Assembly: GCA_039096225.1 (NCBI GenBank) | Contig: JBBPEB010000028.1 | Coordinates: forward strand, 372,001 to 436,000 | Length of the DNA stretch: 64,000 nucleotides | Direction of reading: 5' to 3' | Source: Blastocystis sp. Blastoise | Lineage: Eukaryota; Protista; Bigyra: Opalinata | Shown here: in pieces, positions 19,001 through 31,100 of the stretch | Layout of the letters: every line of letters starts with the position of its first letter | Position numbering within the stretch: the stretch's first letter is position 1 | Notes under the pieces: generated by a model | Told to the model about the DNA's origin: nothing | The model's input: the letters and a program-made list of their open reading frames with translations, nothing else | The model's database searches: none | Translations under genes and position numbers: made by a program

Positions 19001-22000
19001 GTGATAGTTGTATCAAACAGTTTTATATGAATTAATCAATATTTAGTGACAAATAAAGGAATCAGAAGTGAAAATGAGTTATAATTACGAGTTTGTTTTT
19101 AAATATTCATTCATTTGATATTTGTTTTAATTCAATTATAATAAAAACATTTATAATACAGGCAAACAAATGGAATAAATTATTAATATCCTTAATTTAG
19201 TTCATGTAGCGTACGGTGTCTCACAGACTTTCACTATTCTTGACTTTGTTATTAACTTTTATAAAATAAAAATAACATCATAAAATCCGGAACACAATTC
19301 TGAAAATGACTGTTAAAGAAATTTTTCAAAAACTCTAAATTTCTGGCTAAAAATCGCAAAAAACCATTTTCGCACAAAATTTTAACCAAAATTATTGGAT
19401 TATTTTTATTTTATCCAATATTTTTCATTTTTATAAAAACACTTATTTTTCCATTTTCATTTTTTATTGTTTTCTTATTTTTCCTATATCACTTCACATA
19501 CTCTATATTTATTTTTATAAAATTGACTTTTATTGACGGGTTAGTCTTATAAATAGTTTTGACGGGTAAATTTGTTTATATTTACAACTTGACAACATAT
19601 CAATACACACATCACTAACTATAAACTCTAAAATGGTTTCAGTTGTTATGATACTGACCTCAACTACTCTGAAACCACAATAATTCCTTTAAATAACAAC
19701 AAAAGTCAAACTGATATCCGACACATTCCTTCTTTATAAATTTATTTGAGCTTTAATGTATTTATTTAACTCTGTATCCGTCATAAATATGTTTTATATT
19801 TTAATAATATGTTTTAATAAGAAAATATTTGATAATAGAAATTTTGATGTTTTGATAGTATAGTTTGTTATTCGTCTTTCTCCTTGAGTTTTGGGTATTT
19901 TTTAAAAATAAAAGTATAATTATAATTAAGATAAGCTATTGCAGATACATATTTTTTATTTTATCTAAATATTTAATATTGACTGAGAAACATTCATTTA
20001 TATGAAAAACATAAAAATGAAAATTTTCAAAAAAAGGGTATAGTTTGTTATTGTGATTTCTCAATCAATTCTTAATAAAATAAAAAAGTTAGAACATATT
20101 TAGAAACTAGACATGTCATAGCAGATACATATTTTTCATTTTTTTAATTAATTGAAAACTCAGGTGACAAGAGTCAATAGTTGAACTCAATAAAAAATGA
20201 CTTTCAAAAAATTTTCTTAAAAAGTTTTCATTTGTTTTTTGTTTATATTTTCATCATTAACAATTTTATTTGACATTAGACTTTATATTTAAAAACTATA
20301 TATCAAAATAAACATATTTTATAATTTTATTTTGTTTTTAAAAGACTGTGACAACAGATCACCAGACAATGTTAACTCAATAAACTCTTAAAACGTTTTA
20401 ATTAGTGTTTAGAATCATTCATGGACACTGAATATGATTTATTTGAAAAAGTTAGGACAACATGTTGAACTGATACAGACAATGTTTGTTCTAAAAAGTA
20501 AGTTATCAGTCTTACTAAGTTGTAAATATCATAAATATGCTTTAAATAAATAAATATGCTTTTAATTATCTTTAATTAGTGAAATAAGTCGTTTAAAAAG
20601 AAGAAAGCATTTTGGATACTATAGTTTATTTTGACAATTTCTCCATCAATATTAATTTTTAAAAAATAAATAAAACTTATATATAAACTAGACAACCTAT
20701 AGTTTATATATTTATAAAAATATTATCAAAATATTAAATAACTTTTGAGATAAAAAATTATATATGCAAAACATAAAAAAATTAATTTTTGAAAAAAGGG
20801 TATACTTTATAACATTAATTTCTCAGTCAATATTTAATTATTTAATATAATTTTAGCAAATAAATATAGAGAATAACACATATTAATAATATAAATTTTA
20901 ACATTTAAAATTAATTAAGAAATGAGTTCAGTAGAGTCAATAGTATAACATGTTAAAAAACTGAAAATTGAAAAATCATTTTTCTAAAAATTTTCCGAAA
21001 GTTGACAAATCAAATTCATATTTGACAATTAATTTTTACATATTTGAAAACTAGACATTATATGTATTGCATTTCTCAAAAAATTAGTCAAAAATAAGTT
21101 AGACGAGTATATATATATGCACATGTTGACTCATAATTTTGAAAAAAGTAGTTAAATATGTCCTAAACCACATATCAAAGCAATTCTATAAATATTATCA
21201 CTTTATAATGAGTTTAAAGGATAAAATAATTTTGAATTGTCTGTTTGACTGTCTTAAGTGAAGAGATTCAATACACTTTTTATAAAAATGAGTATTAGAG
21301 TGTTTAATGTTTATAATAATAAAAGAATTGTTTGAAATAAAGGTGGTTGTGTGTTTGACCAAAATGTTAAAATGAGTCTATTTTTCTAAAATGGTTACAA
21401 TAAGTATATATTGAGTGTTTTTAGAGTATTTTATATTAAAATCTACAATAAATAAACATTTTAAGTTGTTCAAAAAATTATTTTTTTAGAATTACAATAG
21501 TTAAGTCAAGAGATTCAAGTCACTTTTTATAATAATAATAAATAGACTTATTATAGAATATAAAATATTAAAAATTAGTTTAATTAAACATGGTTGACTG
21601 TTTGATAGGAGTGTTAAAATGGGTAAAAAGATTTTAATTGTTTCTAAAACTGTATAATACGTTTTTATGTCACTAAATACAAAATTATTATTGTTTAAAG
21701 AATGTTTTTTGTCTTTCAAAAGAACTCATTCTTTGTAATTGTGACTTAAAACAAAAGAGATTCAAGTTATTTTTTACAAATTAAAATAATAAATTAAATA
21801 TATATGTATATTAATATAAAATTCGTTTTAATAAAAGTGGATATGTGTATTTAAAAACGTTAAAATCTTTTAGAGTTTTTTAAAAATAACTTATTTGTTT
21901 TATAAACTATATTTTATGTATAATAGGTAAAGTTTCCAAAGTATTTAAATCTATTTAGTTATGAAATGGAATGTAATTTTTGGTTTATATTTAGTTTTTC

Positions 22001-25000
22001 GTTTCATTTAATGAAATGATTTTGATAACACTATAAAAATTGAATTAAACTTGAATTAATTAATTTTAAATAATGAAAAGATAATTTCTCTATAAATATT
22101 CTCTTTTACTTAAAACGAATAGATTCTATTAATGATAAATATTAAAATAAGACTCTAATTTTTTTGTTTATTATATAAAGTAATAAATATCTTTTAATTA
22201 TTAAGAGTACTTTTGTATTAATAATTCAAACTAAAATAAGTATAATAAAAGAAAAATTATAATATTTATCAAATAATATCAAGATATGATTACTATTTAT
22301 ATAATTAAACATTTATTAATTGAGAAAAGCTGTATAATAAAATTTCTAAAATATTTATATAATAGTATATATAAAAGGAAAGGATAAAATATAAAAAAAC
22401 AAATAGATATCAAAATTATTAATATCCTTAATTTAGTTCATGTAGCGTACGGTGTCTCACACACTTTCACTATTATTGACTTTGTTATTAACTTTTATAA
22501 AATAAAAATAACATCATAAAAACCGGAACACAATTCTAAAAATGACTGTTAAAGAAAATTTTCAAAAATTCTAAATTTCTGGCTAAAAAACGCAAAAAAC
22601 CATTTTCGCACAAAATTTTAACCAAAATTATTGGATTATTTTTATTTTATCCAATATTTTTCATTTTTATAAAAACACTTATTTTTCGTTTTTCATTTTT
22701 TATTGTTTTCTTATTTTTCCTATATCTATTCACATACTCTATATTTATTTTTATAAAATTGACTTTTATTGACGGGTTGGTCTTATAAATAGTTTTGACG
22801 GGTAAATTTGTTTATATTAAGAACTTGACAACATATCAATACACAGATCACTAACTTTAAACTCTAAAATGACTACATTCGTAATGTAAATGACTTTAAC
22901 TACTCTAAAACAACAATAATCCCTTTAAATAACGACAAAAGACAAACTGATATCCGACACATTCCTTCTTTATAAACTTATTTGAGTTTATTCAAGTTAT
23001 TTAGAATCAATACATGTCATAAGTATATCTTTTAGTTGTTTAAAAAGTTTTAATAAGAAAATATTTGATAATAGAAATTTTGATGTTTTGATAGTATAGT
23101 TTGTTATTCGTCTTTCTCCTTGAGTTTTGGGTATTTTTTAAAAATAAAAGTATAATTATAATTAAGATAAGCTATTGCAGATACATATTTTTTATTTTAT
23201 CTAAATATATAATATTGACTGAGAAACATTCATTTATATGAAAAACATAAAAATGAAAATTTTCAAAAAAAGGGTATAGTTTGTTATTGTGATTTCTCAA
23301 TCAATTCTTAATAAAATAAAAAAGTTTAAACATATTTAGAAACTAGACATGTCATAGCAGATACATATTTTTCATTTTTTTAATTAATTGAAAACTCAGG
23401 TGACAAGAGTCAATAGTTGAACTCAATAAAAAATGACTTTCAAAAAATTTTCTTAAAAAGTTTTCATTTGTTTTTTGTTTATATTTTCATCATTAACAAT
23501 TTTATTTGACATTTGACACTATATTTAAAAACTACATACCAAAATAAACATATTTTACAATTTTATTTTGTTTTTAAAAGACTTTGACAACAGATCACCA
23601 GACAATGTTAACTCAATAAACTCTTAAAACGTTTAGATTAGTGTTTAGAATCATTTATGGACACTGAATATGACTTATTTGAAAAAATTAAGACAACATG
23701 TTGAACTGATACTGACAATGTTTGCTTTAAAAAGTCAGTTATGAGTCATTATGAGTTGTATATGTCATAAATAAGCTTTAAATAAATAAATTTGTTTTTA
23801 ATTGTCTTTAATTAGTGAAATAAGTCGTTTAAAAAAAGAAAATGTTTTTGAGACTAAAATTTATTTTGACAATTTTTCCATCAATATTTATTTTTAAAAA
23901 ATAAATAAAACTTATTTATAAACTAGACAACCTATAGTATATATATTTATAAAAATTTTATCTAAATATAAAATAACTTTTGAGATAAAAAATTATATAT
24001 GCAAAACATAAAAAAATTAATTTTTGGAAAAAGGGTATACTTTATAACATTAATTTCTCAGTCAATATTTAATTATATTTAATAATTTTAATAAATTAAT
24101 ATAGAGAATAAAATATATTAACGATATAAATTTTAACATTTAAAATTAATTAAGAAATGAGTTCAGTAGAGTCAATAGTATAACATGTTAAAAAACTGAA
24201 AATTGAAAAATCGTTTTTCTAAAAATTTTCCGAAAGTTGACAAATCAAATTCATATTTGACAATTAATTTTTACATATTTGATAACTAGACCTTATATGT
24301 ATTGCATATCTCTAAAAAATAGTCAAAATTGAGTTTGACGAGTGTATGAGTATATGCACATGTTGACTCATAATTTTGAAAAAAGTAGTTCGATGTGTCC
24401 TAAATCACATATTAGGGCAATTCTGAAAATATTATCACTTTATAATGAGTTTAAAGGGTAAAATAATTTTGAATTGTCTGTTTGACTGTCTTAAGTTAAG
24501 AGATTCAATACACTTTTTGTAAAAATGAGTATTAGAGTGTTTAATGTTTATAATAATTAAAGAATTGTTTGAAATAAAGGTGGTTGTGTGTTTGACCAAA
24601 ATGTTAAAATGAGTCTATTTTTAAAAAATGGTTGTAATAAGTATGTATAGAGTGTTTTTAAATTGTTTTATATTAAAATCTACAATAAATAAACATTTTA
24701 AGTTGTTTAAAAATTTGATTCTTTAGAATTACAATAGTTAAGTCAAGAGATTCAAGTCACTTTTTATAATAATAAAAAATAGAGTCATAATAGAATATAG
24801 AATATTAAAAATTAGTCTAATTAAATGTGGTTGACTGTTTGATAGGAATGTTAAAATGGGTAAAAAGATTTTAATTGTTTCTAAAACAGTATAATACGTT
24901 TTTTTGTCACTAAATACAAAAATATTATAGTTTAAAGAATGTTTTTTGTCTTTCAAAAGAACTCATTTTTTGTAATTGTGACTTTAAATAAATGAAATTC

Positions 25001-28000
25001 AAGTTATTTTTTACAAATTAAAATAATAAATTAAATATATGTATATATTAGCATAAAATTAATTTTAATAAAAGTAGATATGTGTATTTCAAAATGTTAA
25101 AGTTTTTTAGAGTTTTTTTATAATAACTTATTTATTGTATAGACTATATTTTATGTACAATAATAAACGTTTTTAAAGTATTTAAACATATTTAGTTATG
25201 AAATGTAGTGTAATCTTCGTTTTATATTTTAATTCTTAGTTTTTATTTAATTAAATGGTTGTTAATAATATTATTAAATTTGAATTTATTATGAACTATT
25301 AATTTAAAATAATGAAAAGATATTTTTTTTACAAAATTTTTTTTATTTTTATTTAGATTCAAGCGTAGGCTGGCGTAGCCAGTCGTGAAACGCTTGTAAT
25401 ATTTTAAAAATAAAACAAAACAATATATGAAAAGAATAAAAAAGAATATATAATATTTTTTTAGACAAGAGAATAAGCTATTTCTCACAATAATAATTAT
25501 ATAGACTAATTCAAATAAAACATAAATATTTAAAGGTAGGGTATAAGTGATAATAATATGTTTTAAAAGAAAAAGTATTTTATAATCATATTGATATTAT
25601 TTAAAATACTAAATATTTATAAAACTAAATGAATTGATAAAATACATAGAAAGTTATAAATGAAATAACAAAGAAAAGTGAATTAATATTGAAAACTAAA
25701 AACTAAATAGAAATAGAAATAGAAATAGAAATAGAAATAGAAATAGAAATAGAAATAGAAATAGAAATAGAAATAGAAATAGAAATAGAAATAGAAATAG
25801 AAATAGAAATAGAAATAGAAATAGAAATAGAAATAGAAATAGAAATAGAAATAGAAATAGAAATAGAAATAGAAATAGAAATAGAAATAGAAATAGAAAT
25901 AGAAATAGAAATAGAAATAGAAATAGAAATAGAAATAGAAATAGAAATAGAAATAGAAATAGAAATATGAATAAGATCAAAACTAAAACACAAGAGCTAA
26001 TCAATTATCATTAATAAACAATAAATATATATAATCAATAATAAAAATAGCTAAAATAATACTAAATAAAAAAGGAAATAATACTCAAAAAATGTAATAT
26101 AAAATGTTAAATAGGAATTATGAATAAATTGTGAATTAAATTATTTAGAATATACTAAACTAATAACTAAACAATAGAAGATAACAACTAAAACAATTGA
26201 AATAATAATTTATAAAATATGAAATAGTCTTCATCCTAAAAATAAAAAAATAGAAATGAATAACAAAAACATAAAAATAAACATAATATTTAAAAAAAAA
26301 TCAACATAAAATATAATAATTAAGAGATGACAACTATCAAAACCCAAGCGTAGGCTGGCGTAGCCAGTCGTGAAACGCTTGTATATATTAAATAATAAAG
26401 TTTGTTTTCTTATTATAAAAAAAAATAGAAAAATACTTTGAAAATCACTATTTTTCATGAATATATGATTAACAAGTTTCAAAAATAATGACCATTGATA
26501 CTTTTTATTATATTTTTATTCAATATAAGAATACCTGCCTTTTATAAATTAATAGGTAATGAGCAATTCGTCTCAAGAACCAAGTATATTAGTTTACAAT
26601 CTGTTTTTTTTGTAGTTTTAATTTGTTTAATATTACATTCTTATAATTCTCTATGTTAATACTTCTTAAATAGTCTCAGTTTCAAAAGGGAGCTCAGAAG
26701 TTGACCTTAATGGTGGAGAAATGTCTGATAAATCTCTGGATATTGTTGAGTTGGCTAAAAATAGACCTGAGAAAGGCATCAATGATGATTCTACTGATAA
26801 AAATAGTTTAAAACAAGCAGATGATAATAAAAAAACTTCTATCGATCAAATATCTTTGTCTCAATTCTCCGATAGGTCTTCGAAAGATCAAAAAGATAAG
26901 GAAGATAGTTACCGTGAAATGCCATCACTTGAGGTTCCAAGTCAAGATATGAAAGAAAAGCAAAAAGAATCGTCAAATCAAGATCCGGATGACCCGGATA
27001 ACCCCATAATTGATATTCTATCAGAAAATAAAAATCAAGAAAACAAATCAAAACCAATTTTAAAAAAAATAAATAAGAAAATAATAAGTATGATAATAAT
27101 TATTATTTATTTCGATATTATTTATTATATATTTTTTATAGATACTGTTAATGAGAAGGTAATTATGAATAATGAGATTCCTATTATAGGTATGTATTTA
27201 AAATTATATTACATTTTCTAACAAATCTTTATAGATACTTCCATTAAAAAGGTTACTCGGAACACTGAGATTCCTGTTAAAGGTATATATTTCTTATTAT
27301 ATTATTATCACATTAGTATATTAGTCTTTTTAATAAAGTATTGTATTTCGTTTATAGAAAAGCCAGTGATAAGTGTTGGATTAAAAGAGGCAAAAGCGAA
27401 TGCTATCTCGCTTCTAGATTATACGTATTATATATTTTTATTATTAATTTTATTTATTATTGTTTACTCTTTGCTATTATTCATTATTATTATATTATTT
27501 AGATACGTCATGGAAATCAAAGTCTCTTCAACAAAAACGTATATATTTTATATATAATATATTTATGAATTGAAATTAATATAATTTTTTTTTGTATTTA
27601 TATATAATCTTTTAATTTAATATTTTTTTATCAAAAGTTTATTTATATAGCGAATAACTTAAATATTATAAATAATAATTCAAATAGAGGTATGTATATA
27701 TTTGATTATCATAATATGTTTATTATTGTATTTTAAATATAAATTTATTATTTTTTATTACACATATTATTATTTAGAAGAATCACAAGAAGCTAAGCAG
27801 GTGTCTATTAGCAGTATGAAAACTATTTATTATTATATTTTTAGAAGATATTATTATTATTTTATTATAAAATTATTATTATATAATTATTACTCTATAA
27901 ATTATGCTATTTAGATGGTACAATTAGAAATACCATCACTAATAATAATTTATCTAAACCTACTTCATCCGTCACTGGAACCCAAAACAATAATAAAAGG

Positions 28001-28075
28001 ATGAATGATTCCTCAAATAAAAAACAGACTCAGACTACAGAAGATTTCAACAGTTGTGTAAATATACTCAATAAA

Positions 28076-28124
<49 letters not shown>

Positions 28125-31100
28125 TACATGCTAACATATTATACATTCTATATATTCTCTGTAAATATGTTTTTATATATAAGTCATTTATAGACTATGA
28201 TGAAACTGTAAATACTATAACGTTTGACAAAAGTACGTTGCTTTCTATTAGTGGTGTTCAACTAAATGAAGACTTTATTCAGGACTTGCTCCCATTAACA
28301 CTAGAAACATTATCAAAGTCGCTATCAGTTGTAAATTGCGGTAAATATATATGTTTTATGCATAAAATTTGATTTCTTTTATCATTATTTGAATATAATC
28401 TATAAAAACTTATGGAACGAAACAACGATATTATAAGGCGCGAAAGTTAAGTAACGAGAACGTAATCCCGTGATTATTCATCCTTATGATCTATACTATG
28501 TCTATTACTGTGATTATTCATCCTTATGATCTATACTATGTCTATTCCCGTGATTATTCATCCTTATGATCTATACTATGTCTATTCCCGTGATTATTCA
28601 TCCTTATGATCTATACTATGTCTATTACTGTGATTATTCATCCTTATGATCTATACTATGTCTATTACTGTGATTATTCATCCTTATGATCTATACTATG
28701 TCTATTCCTGTGATTATTCATCCTTATGATCTATACTATGTCTATTACTGTGATTATTCATCCTTATGATCTATACTATGTCTATTCCCGTGATTATTCA
28801 TCCTTATGATCTATACTATGTCTATTCCTGTGATTATTCATCCTTATGATCTATACTATGTCTATTACTGTGATTATTCATCCTTATGATCTATACTATG
28901 TCTATTCCTGTGATTATTCATCCTTATGATCTATACTATGTCTATTACTGTGATTATTCATCCTTATGATCTATACTATGTCTATTCCCGTGATTATTCA
29001 TCCTTATGATCTATACTATGTCTATTCCCGTGATTATTCATCCTTATGATCTATACTATGTCTATTCCTGTGATTATTCATCCTTATGATCTATACTATG
29101 TCTATTACTGTGATTATTCATCCTTATGATCTATACTATGTCTATTCCCGTGATTATTCATCCTTATGATCTATACTATGTCTATTACTGTGATTATTCA
29201 TCCTTATGATCTATACTATGTCTATTCCTGTGATTATTCATCCTTATGATCTATACTATGTCTATTACTGTGATTATTCATCCTTATGATCTATACTATG
29301 TCTATTCCCGTGATTATTCATCCTTATGATCTATACTATGTCTATTCCTGTGATTATTCATCCTTATGATCTATACTATGTCTATTCCTGTGATTATTCA
29401 TCCTTATGATCTATACTATGTCTATTCCCGTGATTATTCATCCTTATGATCTATACTATGTCTATTCCCGTGATTATTCATCCTTATGATCTATACTATG
29501 TCTATTCCCGTGATTATTCATCCTTATGATCTATACTATGTCTATTCCTGTGATTATTCATCCTTATGATCTATACTATGTCTATTCCTGTGATTATTCA
29601 TCCTTATGATCTATACTATGTCTATTACTGTGATTATTCATCCTTATGATCTATACTATGTCTATTACTGTGATTATTCATCCTTATGATCTATACTATG
29701 TCTATTCCTGTGATTATTCATCCTTATGATCTATACTATGTCTATTACTGTGATTATTCATCCTTATGATCTATACTATGTCTATTCCCGTGATTATTCA
29801 TCCTTATGATCTATACTATGTCTATTCCTGTGATTATTCATCCTTATGATCTATACTATGTCTATTCCTGTGATTATTCATCCTTATGATCTATACTATG
29901 TCTATTACTGTGATTATTCATCCTTATGATCTATACTATGTCTATTCCCGTGATTATTCATCCTTATGATCTATACTATGTCTATTCCCGTGATTATTCA
30001 TCCTTATGATCTATACTATGTCTATTCCTGTGATTATTCATCCTTATGATCTATACTATGTCTATTCCTGTGATTATTCATCCTTATGATCTATACTATG
30101 TCTATTACTGTGATTATTCATCCTTATGATCTATACTATGTCTATTCCTGTGATTATTCATCCTTATGATCTATACTATGTCTATTACTGTGATTATTCA
30201 TCCTTATGATCTATACTATGTCTATTCCCGTGATTATTCATCCTTATGATCTATACTATGTCTATTCCTGTGATTATTCATCCTTATGATCTATACTATG
30301 TCTATTACTGTGATTATTCATCCTTATGATCTATACTATGTCTATTACTGTGATTATTCATCCTTATGATCTATACTATGTCTATTCCCGTGATTATTCA
30401 TCCTTATGATCTATACTATGTCTATTACTGTGATTATTCATCCTTATGATCTATACTATGTCTATTCCCGTGATTATTCATCCTTATGATCTATACTATG
30501 TCTATTACTGTGATTATTCATCCTTATGATCTATACTATGTCTATTCCTGTGATTATTCATCCTTATGATCTATACTATGTCTATTACTGTGATTATTCA
30601 TCCTTATGATCTATACTATGTCTATTACTGTGATTATTCATCCTTATGATCTATACTATGTCTATTACTGTGATTATTCATCCTTATGATCTATACTATG
30701 TCTATTCCTGTGATTATTCATCCTTATGATCTATACTATGTCTATTACTGTGATTATTCATCCTTATGATCTATACTATGTCTATTCCCGTGATTATTCA
30801 TCCTTATGATCTATACTATGTCTATTCCTGTGATTATTCATCCTTATGATCTATACTATGTCTATTCCTGTGATTATTCATCCTTATGATCTATACTATG
30901 TCTATTACTGTGATTATTCATCCTTATGATCTATACTATGTCTATTCCCGTGATTATTCATCCTTATGATCTATACTATGTCTATTACTGTGATTATTCA
31001 TCCTTATGATCTATACTATGTCTATTCCCGTGATTATTCATCCTTATGATCTATACTATGTCTATTCCTGTGATTATTCATCCTTATGATCTATACTATG

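Larger units (their letters stand above)
19183..26381 (+). mobile_element. Non-autonomous Helitron (4221 bp excluding its nested copy), inserted in the autonomous element
   Basis: Same 5' terminus; 3' hairpin and CTTG at 26381; once 22419-25396 is removed it is collinear with the 4240-bp copy at 40459-44698. Confidence 0.88.

Noticed and set aside
21501-21719. 72-aa ORF repeated at 21501, 24738 and 42162
   Set aside because: TTG start, low-complexity composition, antisense to the element and overlapping the 247-bp subrepeat; persistence is explained by recent copy identity.
25360-25396. Hammerhead ribozyme or tRNA fragment suggested by stems plus GAAAC
   Set aside because: No CUGANGA core or cloverleaf; its position at element ends fits a Helitron terminator.
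16274-25396. LTRs or a simple tandem segmental duplication
   Set aside because: No TG...CA ends, PBS or retroelement ORFs; the empty-site alignment and matching 3' ends show nesting.
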